NCBI RefSeq assembly: GCF_001194135.2
Contig: NC_068981.1
Location: 38,770,794-38,834,793 of the forward strand
Length of the DNA: 64,000 nt
Direction of reading: 5' to 3'
From: Octopus bimaculoides
Lineage: Eukaryota
A model generated the notes under the pieces. That model was not told the origin of the DNA. It did no database searches and worked only from the letters and a program-made list of their open reading frames with translations. Below are positions 41,630 through 55,036 of this stretch, piece after piece. The translations under genes and the position numbers were made by a program. Each line of letters opens with the position of its first letter. Within the stretch, counting starts at the first letter, position 1.

Positions 41630-42020
41630 ATCATCATCGTCGTTTAACGTCCGCTTTCAATGCTGGCATGGGTTGGGCGATTTGACTGAGGACTGGCAAT
41701 CCAAATGGCTACACCAGGCTCCAATCTGATCTGGCAGAGTTTCTACAGCTGGATGCCCTTCCTAACGCCAACCACTCCGAGAGTGTAGTGGGTGCTTTTA
41801 CATGCCACTGGCACAAGGGCCAGTCACATGGTACTGGCAACAGCCATGCTCAAAAAGGTGTTTTTTAAGTGCCACCTGCACGGGAGCCAGTCCAGCGGCA
41901 CTGGCAATGACCTCGCTCGAATGATTTTCTAACATGCCACCAGTACAAGTGCTAGAGGCAACGCTGGTAACAATTATGCTCAAATGGTGCAATTTGTGGG
42001 CCACTAGCACGGAAGCCAAA
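41630..42020 (-). mobile_element. SINE-like family B copy (RTE-type 3' tail, internal ~65-bp repeats)
   Basis: Starts CATCATCGTCGTTTAACGTCCGCTTTC, the reverse complement of the RTE tail at 39566. Other copies lie at about 1318-1575, 14925-15070, 52085-52338 (+) and 55585-56040. Confidence 0.8.
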
Positions 42021-42049
42021 CAACTGCTCTATTCTGAATAAAGCAAATG

Positions 42050-43163
42050 AGAATCAGGATCAAATTAAGTTTGATCATCCTCATGAAGTATGCAATGTAT
42101 GAGAATCAAAGTCCAATAAGTTTATATGGAGGATATATTAACAATTTGAATGGAAGGTTATTGCTTTCCATTTGACAAAAATAATAATATATTCAAAGAT
42201 CTTGATCTTTTTCTTGAGTAATGAAAGAGAAACATCAATGGCAGACTATGCCTATTCAAAAACCTGAATAAGCATCAAGAAGGTAAAAGTGACAGGGGAT
42301 ACTCTGGTTGCAGATGAAGATGCTGCTGTTAAAACTCATGCTGAACAAAATAACTGGAAAATGTAAAGAATTATGAAATTTTCAACAGGGTCTAAACTGG
42401 CTTTACTTGGAAATGAATGCTATCAAGAAATTTTTCTGCAACCTTATTAACCATCAAAATATCTCTTAAACTTTTTATTTGGAAGCAGTGCTGAAGGATA
42501 CTTCAGATCTTTTTTACATGAAGGATATGACAAGAAATCTCACTCAATCATTGGGTGATCATATATAAAGGCTGGAGTAAATGAAGTCTTGCTTGAAGAT
42601 TGCTAGTGTCATACTTTTGTCAGAAAATTGAAACATATTGCAAGAAAAGTTATTTAATTTTCAAAGTTCTTTTGAGTCTTGATAATGGCCCTGAACATTC
42701 TTAGTCACTAAAAGATTTTGTGCTATTGTGCAGAGTGTATTTTTGCCACCGAATTTGATATCATTGTTACAGTCATCATTGATACATGGTTTAGGAAACA
42801 TTAGCTACATTCAATGCTTATTATATAAGAACTTTGTTACATGTAATTAAAGTTATTTCTGAAGGAGATTCTATTATTCTTTAAGAATTTTGAAAGGAAT
42901 TTAACATTGACAAAACTGAAAATACTCATGAGTCATAGGAAGAAATGACATGCTGCAATATAAAAACAATTTCTGAGAATATTTTACTTGGATGTGCTAA
43001 GAATATTAACATGTACAAAAATTCGGTAATCAAAGCAATTGATGAAATTGTTACCTATGGAAGAGATTCTAATGATGTTGATTTGAAAAGTGTTGGAGAA
43101 TTATTGACTTTACTTTCAAAAGATTTACGTGATGAATTGAGCATGAACTGGCATCGAAAATAA
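42050..43163 (+). mobile_element. Tigger/pogo-like transposase relic
   Basis: Around 42270-42420, KKVKVTGDTLVADEDAA resembles Tigger KxSGEaaSADeeAA. It is followed by ATTTTCAACAGGGTCTAAACTGGCTTTACTTGGAAA, resembling a frameshifted IFNaDETGLyWK. A C-terminal-like ORF is at 42945-43163. Confidence 0.65.
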
Positions 43164-43169
43164 AAGGAA

Positions 43170-43268
43170 AGGAATATGAAGAAACAGAAAATACCAGAAA
43201 AGGAATATGAAGAAACAGAAAATACCAGAAAAGCAATATGAAGAAACAGAAAATACCAGAAAAGCAAT
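43170..43268 (+). repeat. 31-bp minisatellite, 3 copies
   Basis: AG(G/C)AATATGAAGAAACAGAAAATACCAGAAA x3, immediately after the stop of ORF 42945-43163. Confidence 0.9.
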
Positions 43269-44775
43269 AACAGAATAATGGAAAGAACTTGAATTTTTTT
43301 GTGTTTTTATGAGATTCAGCCAAACAACAATTAATGGATATGGATCCAAATATTGACAAATGTATGCTCGTTTATTCAGATTTTGGTATTCAAATTGCTT
43401 GTTATTGTAACATGAATGCAGGGGGAAAAGAGCTGAGACTACCCAGTTACTTGATAATTTTTTCCTCTAAAAAGAAAAATGATTTATAGTAGTTATTAAT
43501 TGTTGTTTTTATTTTTAAGGATTAATTATAATTATTCCCATTGATTAACGATGTTTTGATGCATATGGGTACATTAGGGAATTAATTTACCAATGTTAAG
43601 CAAGGAATAACAGTACAAATTTCTAGATAGCAATAATTTTTCTTACTATGCATGACAAGTAACATGAACTGGTCAATATATAGCTTGCAAGCTTATGCTG
43701 TTATATGCCTCAATCCCATGTTTTTTACTGCTGATATGATAAAACATATGAAGGGTAATTCCTGTGTTTTGAATTTGAATCAATTCAAACTATTGCTTTC
43801 ATGTCTGAATGAACTGCTAATATAAGAAGCTCAGAGTCACAATAGAGTAAATCATTAGCTTCAATGTACAATACTTTATATATATTGAGGACTTATTCTT
43901 CCATCTGTACACCCAGGCATATGTATGTGTATGTATATATGTGTGTATGTATATACGTATGTGTGTCTGTGTGTGTGTACGTGTGTGTGTATGTGTGTGT
44001 GTGTATGTGTGAGGTCCATATGTATGTGTTTCTTTTATGAATATTTAGTTAATTATGCAATTTAAAAACCTGCTAACCATATATATATTTTAATGGATCC
44101 TTGAGTTAATGCAAAAAGAAAGTATATCTATTACCAACATGAGTTGAATATTTAGGAGCAGTGAAGTGATACAGTAATGAAAATCAGTGTGAAAGGGAAA
44201 TTTATTATTACTCCACCGCTACCACCTTACCAGTGGAATTTTCAGGATTCCAGGTGGAAATTTGATGATTTCAGTGGGGAAATTGCTTTTAGGATGAAAA
44301 ATCTTAACTCATCATTCACACCGTTTTTTTTCTTAGATTATATTCCTTAGAGTTAACATTAGCATCATAAAATGCTAATGTTAAATTGATGTTACATTGA
44401 TATAAGGTTATGCAATAAAATGTTGAATACAAGACTATGAGGTGGGGAGACCAGGATGATGAGTAGTAAAGAGAAGGAATACAGTTAAAATGTTTGGGAG
44501 ATACTACATTAGAACAACATTAGCTAAAGGTATACCAACATCATGAAAACGAACTTCATTATTCTGGTATAAATGTGGTGTTAGTGTTAGGGACATATAT
44601 GAATAAGCACTTGCTGCTATGTGCCATTTTATGTATCTTAGTGTGTGTCATGGTTGGAGTGAGAAGTGTATTGATTGGCTATTGAAGTATCAATATTGAA
44701 TAGTCCTTTTGTTTCCTGAGCATGTATACCAGTTTCTAAAGAGATTTCTATAATCTTATTGACATGTGCATAATG

Positions 44776-44820
<45 letters not shown>

Positions 44821-45848
44821 CTCTATCTATCTATCTCACCTCATGATAACTGACGTTGGTGTGTTTATGTCCCTGTAACTTAGTGGTTTGGCAAAAGCAA
44901 CTGATAGAATAAATCCCAGACTTTAAAAGAATCCAATTCATTCGACTAAAAATGCTTCAAGGTAGTGCCCCAGCATGGCCACAGTCTGGTGACTGAGACA
45001 AGTAAATGATAAAAGATACACACACATATATATAGACACACACATACATGCACATTCATATGTATATATTCATGTGTGTGTATATAATAGTAAATATTAT
45101 AGGCAAACATAATTTTGAAGATATACACGCACACATACATGCACATATATATGACATTTGGTGTGAAGCTAATACTACCTATAAAAAGACATCTGACTAT
45201 TTTTAATGTCAGCTGTATTTTGAGTTGGCAAATACAGTTAAATTCTAAACAAAGTGATTTGTAATATTGATTCACAGTCCTGTGTTCAAATTCACTGAAT
45301 ACCATCATTACTCTGTCCCACCCACTCCTTCCATTTCCGAAAATATGTTTTTCACACTTCTTTCTCCTCAGAGATACAACTCCCTGCAATTCTCTTTCCA
45401 GCCATATTTCTTCTGCAGCCATTGTTCTACAGATGACTAAACATCAAATCCATCAGTCTCATGAGTCTGAGATATCTCGTTAAGGTTATCTGAGAATCGC
45501 TTTTCCCTTGATTAACTTCATCATCATCGTCGTCATCGTCATCACCATGATCATCATCATCATCATCATCATCACCATCGTCATCATCATTCTGATGTCC
45601 ACTTTTCCATGCTTACATGGGTCAGACAAAATTTTATTGAGATGAATTTTCTACTGCTGGATGCTCTTCCTGTTTCCAACCTTCATCTATTGCCAAATAA
45701 GGTAATATTTCTGCATGACCAGACACATTTTCATGTAAGATTGAGAATGAAGGACATCACTTGCATTACAGAGACATTTATTTACAGTTATTACATAATA
45801 TCAATACAAGGAGACAGTGACATACACACAGAGATATATATATATATA

Positions 45849-46680
45849 TTGAGTTGGCAACTAAGTTCCTGCCATTTTTAAAAATTTTAATTTTTTAAAA
45901 GGTTTAATGAAAAATAACAACTAATTAATCAATAATGTATTCACCTTTGTTGTTTACAACTTCTTTCCAACGTTCAAAAAAATTTTCAATACCTCATTGG
46001 TAGAAATCACCCAATTTCGACTCAAAAAATTGATCCAACCAAGCTCTCAATTCTGCATCAGTATTGAACGAAACTCTGTGCATAGCATTTGAAAGAGATT
46101 GAATGAGGTGGAAATCCATTGGTGCCAAATCAGGAGAGTACGACAGGCCTAGCAGCACTTCCCAGCCATGTGCTTGAATGGTATTCTTGGTCATATTGGC
46201 GATATGAGGGTGGGCATTGTCAGGCAGCAGAAGAACTCCATGCTGACAATTAGGTCTTTTCTCTTGAATACCCATGTTGAGTCGTTCCATCTGTTGAACA
46301 TAGAGTTCCCTGTTGACCTTTTGGTTCCGTTCAAGCAATTTGTAATGGATAATCCCTTCCCAGTCCCACCATACACACAACATCGTTTTACGTGGATGAA
46401 GATCTTGTTTCACGTGCGGTGTCACTTGTTTACCAAGGCTAAGCTATTCCTTACGCTACTTCATATTGATGTACAGATACCATTTTTCGTCATCAGTAAC
46501 AATTCAGTAAAGAAATCATTGCTCGTATCCATGAGTTGAGCGGTGACAAGCAAGCAAACCAGCAGAGATTGTGGTTCGTTGATTTTTGTTGTTGTCACTT
46601 AAAGCATGCAGAATCCATGCTCCATACTTCTGAACCTTTCCAATCGAGTGAATATTATTTCAGACTCATCACAAACAGGT
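45849..46680 (-). mobile_element. Mariner (D,D34D) transposon relic, 5'-truncated
   Basis: ORF 45994-46425 contains MLCVWWDWEGIIHY, PDNAHPH and YSPDLAPMDFHL. The upstream same-strand segment gives VTDDEKW with in-frame stops. A TIR-like TTGAGTTGGCAACTAAGTTCCTGCC starts at 45849 after TA. Confidence 0.9.
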
Positions 46681-47743
46681 AGCTAACTTATTTAGCACAA
46701 TAATTCCACAAATACGTATAATTTATTTTTTCCTAAATGGTAACTTTATTTAGTTTTAACAATGAAGGTACACTCTGTATGAGAGTAATGAATATTTATA
46801 ACATTGATTTTATAGATATTATTTTAAGTTTTAAAATAATTTGTTGGTTTCTGATTTATTTATCTTGCATAACCATTCATATTCTAACATTCTGTTTTGG
46901 TCTTGTTGTAGAAATAATGCCACTTTTCTTTCAATTGGACAAAATATCTATGAGATAAATGATTGATTAAATTTCAGAAAATGTCCAATTCTATCTGATG
47001 GACATTAAATAAATGTGAAGAAGCTCTCTCTGTTGATATTGTTCTGTTACTGAAATTTGATAAAATTTTGACATCTTTGGTAGCAAGATGGCCAAACAGA
47101 CTGCTATTGGCAGATTTCAATGTGATTAATGAAGGCTGTGCAATGACCCATTCTTAAGTATCTAATCATCAAATCTATATTGGTAGCACTGATCCATAGA
47201 AAATCAATAACAATTTATCATTCTCCAACACAGCAATATTTTAGATTCTTCTTTCCTTGTAGCTTGCTAGAATTCTGATTACACCACGAACACATTAGTT
47301 AATGCTCTCCCTTAATTTCGATTAAACAACTTGACTATTTAAAAATATGCCCCATTATGCCTTCATAATTTTTTTTATTTTGAAAAATAGTTAATATTCT
47401 AATGAATATAAACTATATCTTTTGAAGTGTTTTATTTTATTTTCTTTGAAAATTTTATGTTTCTCAAGAGGATGATTTTAATCAGATAATTTGATGTTCC
47501 CAATTGAAAGATTTTATTAGAATTCCTGTCAACAGACTTCTCAAACACATAATCACCGAAAACAAAGAAAGGTTTGGTCTCTGTTATGTTAAGATAAAAT
47601 TTCTAAAAAACTTTAAATTTAATGAACAATTTAAGGTTGATAGCTGTCAAAATTATCTGATAAATCTGACCTCAAGGGAAAAATAAAGAACTGATACTTC
47701 CTTGTGTTTGTATTATCATCATCATCACCATTATTATTATTAT

Positions 47744-47782
<39 letters not shown>

Positions 47783-49633
47783 CTCAAGAAGATTTTTGCT
47801 GTTGTATTTGTAGTTAGTAGATTTTATTTTTTTTGCATTTGCTCTTTTCATTGCATATAACGTAATTGTATTAAATAGTGAAATAAACTTTCTTTTTTTT
47901 TTACCTACACATTAACTTCAAATTTGTAAAGAAATGGAAATGAGAGACATAATATTCCTGTTATTTGTAAATATTATAAATATTAGGGGAATTATTCCAA
48001 CTAGAAATCAGAAGAACGTTATGGATTCTCTCCACACAGAAATGCCTGCAACAGGCTTAAATAATAAAACGACAAAAACAACAGAATTATCAGCAATAAC
48101 AATAACAGCAACAATAATACATTAATACAAGAAATGGGATCTATTAGCTGCTCTATGTTGTTTTAGCTTTTCTGTTTATCTTTTATCTTTTATCTGTTTC
48201 AGTTAAAGGATTGCAGCCAGGTTGCAGCACTGTTTTGAAGGGTTTAGTCAGACAAATCAACATCAGTATTTATTTTATAAAATATCATACTTATTTAATT
48301 GGTCTGTTTTGCTAAATCACTAATTTACAGGGACTTAAACAAACTTGTTGTCAAATGGTGAGGTTAGGGTACAAATGCACACACAGACACACACATAAGG
48401 TACAAAAATAAAAAATAAAACTTGAAGACTGTAGTAAAAGACACAAACAACCAAGGTGTATTAGATTAATGTTCTGGATAATTGGAAGAACTGCTTCATG
48501 TTTTGAGCCAATGATTTTCTACAGAAAGGATAGTAGATGACAAGAGAGAAAATACAGAAAAGAACACCAAATTCACTTACAAAACCTTGTTCAGCAGGGG
48601 TCTATAGTAGAAAACATTTACTCAAAGTGCCATACAGTAGGACTGAACCTGATATCACATGTAAAGCAAGCTTTGTGACAACACAGCAATGCCTGCACCT
48701 ATATCTTCAGTTTTCTCTGTTCTTCTCTTTCTCCTATATCATTCTCCTCGTTCTCTTTGCAGGAGAAAAATTTATTTAATTATTTTTCCTACATTTATTC
48801 ACATGTTAATAGGATTTCAAATGTAACAGATCACACCTGTGTGTTTCAGCTTCAACCTTCTGTTTCAATTCTCCATACAAATGAACATTCCAGCAGTTTT
48901 CTCATCTACTTAGGAAAATGATATTGAAACTTGAAACTGAATCTCTGCAGTCATTCTTGTGGACATATGATTGCTCTTGAAGGTCATGCATGCAAACCGA
49001 ATTGTGAACACTACAGCTGCTGATGTTGCCAGCAATTTTGTTTAAAGTATTATTGATTTTAACCTAGCCACATTTCCAACAGGTAGAGGGCGCTTGTGAG
49101 AAATTAATGGCTAAACTTCCATTATTTGATATTGGTACTTTGAATATTTGCAGAAAATTAGGCGACAACTATAATATTGGTGATAATGTAATTGTGGCAA
49201 TGATAATGTATTTTTGTTCCCCTCTGTGTATTTGTTCAACAGAATATACCTATAATATTTAAATGGATATTTGTAACTACCATGTTTGATTTGGTTACTT
49301 GACCCCATAAATATGATTTTATAGTATTTCTGTTTAGCCTCAATTAATGCCTGCTCGATAGGATAAATTTATCTTCCCCTATACAATATTATCTTACATG
49401 CACTGTTTTATTCCCAAAATGGATATTTACTTTCAGAATATATGACTTTGTCGTGACTGTTGTTCTAAATAGGTTCCCATTAAAAAAAAAAAAAAAAAGA
49501 AACAGAATTTTCAAAAAACAGATGCAAAGAATTTGTTATTAAGGATTTTTGCATTTCTGAGATGGAACAACTGATATAAAAAAACATATTATTGCAACCT
49601 TCCCATTCCATTTACATAGTTGATAATATACCC

Positions 49634-50395
49634 CTAAATGACAGAAATTAGATTTTTAAAAGATATCCAAAAGTGCCTCAATAAAAGGCACAAAACAATA
49701 TTGTTTGTAAATTCAGAAAAGAAAGTAAGAGAGAGAGAAAGACTTACGTAGTTGAGGCAAAAGAGTTGACACAGTCCACAAATAATGTTAAGTGCTTTGA
49801 CAAATGTATAATAATAATTGTGATACATTATGATATAAATGTAGAACTTAAAATCTGGTTTTAAGTAAAAGGGAATAAAAAAAGATATAGCATCTCTGCT
49901 GCTCTTTAAACTTTCAATGTTGCTGCACAACTTTTGATACATCTATTCTCGTTTATCATGGGAGTTTGGTTTAAAAATAACAGAGTAATAAATTAATAAT
50001 GACAAAGAAATCATTGCCCATTTTGTAAAGGGAACAAATGTAGATTCATCAACAACAAACTTGCAGCCAACAGTAGCAAAGTTTCCATTATCTAGAATTT
50101 TTTTAGCATCTCTACTTTTACCAGGAGAGAATACGTTTATCTGCAGCATTTGTTGGGATTAGGCACCTTCATATATTTTCTTCTGTTCACTGGTTCCATA
50201 TTCATGGATATAAGTGTGTAAATCTGTATGAAAATTACACAGCCTCACAACATCATCAAGTACATACAAGTGACAGTCTATATATTCTGAGTAGCTTAAT
50301 ATTGTAGATGGTTTCTGGGGTGTGTTTTGAAGTACATGCAAAAGCTTCAACTGATTGCTGACCCATGATAAACATAACATGGTCCACAGTTGAAT
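49634..50395 (-). pseudogene. Interrupted ~250-codon reading frame, unassigned (decayed coding sequence)
   Basis: Track ORFs 50159-50380, 49943-50149 and 49634-49942 share one frame, with only two internal stops, in AT-rich non-repetitive DNA. Confidence 0.35.
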
Positions 50396-51319
50396 GTACT
50401 ATGTCCTCCCAAATCAGCAATGAATGAATCAGTGATAAACAAGACTACATCTTCTTGCTTTTCAGATATATCAGCAGCTAAATAGATTAGAAGATACCTT
50501 CAGCAAAAATTTGCCTTGTCTAGTTTAGTTTCAAATTATTCCAACTTCCAATACAGCAAGGACATTTTGATCTCTCCAAGTTAGAGAAAATAAACAATGA
50601 TATTAATTCAAATAAATAATTCTCTAGCTTAAACTACTTTTGTGATAGGTTAACAAATAATAATGTTTGTATATACATAATAACTCTAGTTATTAGCTGC
50701 AAAATCAACCTTTTCAAAGTCAGATATAGTATGATAATTTCTTGTTTATTGATTACCATACTATAAAATATAGCCACCATCTGACATTTTGTACATAATA
50801 CTACTAATAATATCAAAATTATTTATCAAGATAACAGCTTAAGTATCCAAATCCTTTAAAATATCACAATTAACTACTTTGGTAATTTAAGCTACAAACA
50901 CATTGTTTGTACAGGGATTGGCTGAAAAGTTCATTGGCTGACCAAGACACTCTCATGGGTTGTGACCAAATGAATTTTAACTTTCAGAAGCTATTATCTC
51001 CCAGTAGTAATTTAATATTTTTGATTTATAAAACATTATTTTGGCATGGGATATTTTGTTTACTTTCCTTTTTATACTAACTGTCAAATTTTACCCAAAC
51101 ACCCTGTGTACATACATACATACATACATACATACATACATACATACATGGATGCATACATACATACATGTATACATACACACATACATACATATGTACA
51201 TACATACATTGAGAAAAAGTTTGAGAAAAAATTCCACATGGTGGATTATGAATATATCTTTTCCAACATAAAACTTCTGTGCACTTTCCTTCTTGTTATA
51301 ATTTTACAATACACACACA

Positions 51320-51354
<35 letters not shown>

Positions 51355-51374
51355 TCACACACACATGCACGCAC

Positions 51375-51407
<33 letters not shown>

Positions 51408-51798
51408 TGCACACTTTAATCTCTTTTCAGCAGACACAAAGACACTACCTCCAGTACTCTTCCCCACATCTGAAAGGAACTTTATCAGACAAGTTAATTG
51501 GTGATCTCGTCAGTGTTGATTCCACATAAAAAGCACTCAGCCCACTCTGTTAAGTAGGTGGCATTAGGAAGGACATCCAGCTGAAAAACCATGCCAAAAC
51601 AGACCTAACCAGTGATGGTGCCACATGAAAAGCACCTAGTCCACTCTGTAAAGAGGTTGGCATTAGGAAGGTCATCTAACCATAAAAACCATGCCATAAC
51701 AGGCAGTGGAGCTTGGTGCAGTCCTCTTGCTTGCTAGCTTCTGTCAAGTCATCCAACTCATGCCACCATGGAAAATGGACATTAAATGATGATGATGA

Positions 51799-51846
<48 letters not shown>

Positions 51847-51948
51847 NNNNNNNNNNNNNNNNNNNNNNNNNNNNNNNNNNNNNNNNNNNNNNNNNNNNNN
51901 NNNNNNNNNNNNNNNNNNNNNNNNNNNNNNNNNNNNNATATATGTATG

Positions 51949-51980
<32 letters not shown>

Positions 51981-53136
51981 CCATGGATCGTAGGGCGACC
52001 TGCTGTGCTTGAGGAGACCTATTAGTCAAGTACGTCAACATCAACATCAAAATGAAAATCAAATGGAAATTGTAGTTGTGATACCCATGCTGGTGGCACA
52101 TAAAAGGTACCATCTGAACGTGGCCATTGCCAGCCTCCTCTGGCCCCTGTGCCGGTGGCATGTAAAAAGTGACCACTATACTCACAGAGTAGTTGGCGTT
52201 AGGAAGGGCATCCAGCTGTAGAAACACTGCCAGATCAGATTGGAGCGTGGTGCAGCCTCCTGGCTTCCCAGACCCCAGCTGAACCGTCCAACCCATGCTA
52301 GCATGGAAAACGGACGTTAAACGATGATGATGATGATGATATATATGTATGTATATATCTATATATATATCTACTTGTACCTATCTCTCTCTCCCTATAA
52401 ATATATATATAAGAAGTAAGAGAGATTAATAAATTCAGGCAGTTATCCATAAGGCACTCAGTGTGAAACGAATTTGTTTAACTATATCAAACAATTTGAT
52501 ACAAATAAATTCAAATAGAATTAACATCCAAGGTAATTCTTCATGTATGACAAATAAATCCAAATCTTGCTTAAAAGAATTTCAAATAATAAAGTGTATA
52601 AGTCAAGAACAAGAATGAAGAAAATTATGTCTTTTATTGGTGATTACACCATGCATTATCGACGATCGTTTCTATTGTGCCTACATATTTAGATATAGAA
52701 AAAAGGCATAAATTACCAGTCAAATTAGTATATGCTAACATAACATTACCATGGCAATCTAAATTGGGTTAAATTCAAAGTGAAGTAGGAAAATATCTCT
52801 AATAGATGAATACATACAAAAAGAACGTTAAGGAGAAATATATTCTAAGAAAATCCACGACATCAGTAGATAACGAAATAATTATAAAGAAAACAGAAAT
52901 TCTATGTCACGATAATTAAAAACAGAAATTCTACGTCACAACAATTAGTTATCTATCTATTAAATATGTTAAAACGTTTTTGGAAATATTATGCTTATTA
53001 GATTATAGGAAAAGTAATTATAATTAAGGGGTTATTTATTATTGAAATATTTAAATGTTTTTCTATATTTAGGAGAACATTTCAATCTAAAATTACTGCT
53101 ACAATTTAATAATAGTAATTTAGAAGTAATTATATA

Positions 53137-53421
53137 TTACATTTCCTCAAAGCAAAGATCACATTTAAAATTATAAGTATTGTATGATGGTGCGTAATTA
53201 ATAATGAACCACTTTATATCATAGTTAATGTTACTGTCTTTTAAATTCCAAATGCATTTCATATAATTCTTAGAATTACATTTTCTTCTAAACTCAAATG
53301 AATGAGAATGTTTATGTAATCTACATTTCCAAAATGTAGTAGAAAAATCTATGTAATAATATGTATAATCTTCTGTTATGACCTTACATTGATACATTAT
53401 ATTCTTCCAAAGAACAAACAA
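53137..53421 (-). mobile_element. Penelope-like retroelement GIY-YIG endonuclease fragment (decayed)
   Basis: ORF contains NIMYQCKV..YYYIDFSTTFWKCRLHKHSHSF..KCIWNLKDSNINYDIKWFII..YNFKCDLCFEE, matching the GIY-YIG layout and C-terminal CxLC typical of PLE endonucleases. An AT-rich 3' region continues to about 52400. Confidence 0.75.
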
Positions 53422-53477
53422 TTTTGTTTTTGAAATAAAAAAGGCATTTATTCACTTGTATGTGGTGCTCATGGTTG

Positions 53478-53526
53478 AAGGAATTAGTACTAAACCTTCT
53501 CTTAGAAGGTTTAGTACTAATTCCTT
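53478..53526. repeat. Perfect hairpin, 23-bp stem and 3-nt loop
   Basis: AAGGAATTAGTACTAAACCTTCT-CTT-AGAAGGTTTAGTACTAATTCCTT. Confidence 0.95.
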
Positions 53527-55004
53527 TACTGTGAATGTATGATTATTAACAAAATCCTCCATAAACTAGACACCTCTAAAAAGTATTGCCCTTACCAGAA
53601 TTAACCCTGTGAAAGACAATCATGTTTTATGAACGTATGATGTGATGCTAAAGAAAGAACAGGAATATCATCATTTAACACCCTCCTTCCATGCTAGTAT
53701 GTGTTGGAAGGTTTGACAGGAGCTGAACAGACAGGAGCCTGCACCAAAAAATTAATTCAAACGCCCTATAATGTGCCATGTAATCTTTCTCAAAAGTTTA
53801 GATGAAGAATGAAGAAACAGAAGTTGTTAAACTGTCTTGAATAAAAATTCTGAATTCCATCATAAAGGCTTCCCCATGGATTGATTTTGAAATGCTGTTT
53901 AATCAGTGCCAAATTGAGACAATGCAATAAAATTTAATATGACATGGTCAAATCTCTAGTGCATGATATAACTACAGTTCTTATATTTTCATGTTAAAAC
54001 TATTTATTATATTGCATCTTCACACACAAGTCTGAAAATATGAAAATATTTAAAAATTGCTGAGTTTCTGGTTACAGACAGAAACTTTACAACCCAAGGC
54101 ACATTGAAACAAATTCTTAAGTAGCATATAGTCAAAATCGATATGGTTTGCTTCACAATAAACTAATCTAATACAATACAAGATCAAACAAAAGAAATGT
54201 TAGTGATGCAAATGTAAGAAAACAAAGCAAGAAGAAATAAAGTTGAATACAACTTTAAGAAAAGTATTGGAAAAACTCTTCCAGCTTGATAAATATCTCT
54301 CTGGAATAGCGAAATAAACTTTATAGATGAAGCAACATGATAAAAATTATATCTACTGACAGTTTTTCTCATCTCCTACCATCTACAATTATGTGATAAG
54401 TTTTGTAATATACATTATGACTTTAAAGAAGTTGACATGAGAGAAGGGAAACATTGAAAGACCAAGAAAACAAAGAAAAATGGGAGCCTAATGTGAGTGC
54501 TTAGTTAATATATTATCACATCAAACTTGATAAGAGTGTTCCTAATGATCGAGGAAGTTACAAAGTTATTTATTTCTATAGTTTTCCTGAAATGTATAAT
54601 TTCTCAGGAATTCCTTGATTTACTCAACAGACACTGAAAAATGAATGATTGATTTGTAACTGAAGAAGAAAAAAACATATCTAATGGAGTAGAGTAATGA
54701 TTTCAAGCTAATCAAAATGATTATAAACAAATCGTTAGCCCCATTAACTAAGTTACTCTTTTACCTCTTTCCCTTTGTCTTCCTTTTCCTCATCATCATT
54801 TTTAACATCCATTTTTTCCATATTTGCTTGGGTCAGACAGAGTTTTACTGAAGCAAATTTTCTACAGTTGAATGCCCTTCCTATTGTCAACCCTCACCTG
54901 TTTTCAATTAAAAATTTTCCTCTTAGACTGTCATGGAAATGAATGGCACTGCTTGCATGACAGTGACAATCATTCTACAACAGTCATGTGATGTCATAAC
55001 AAGA

Positions 55005-55036
<32 letters not shown>

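Noticed and set aside
52885-52945. Short tandem duplications (also about 4910-4945, 15590-15645 and 51520-51700)
   Set aside because: Ordinary slippage or SINE-segment duplications with no further structure.
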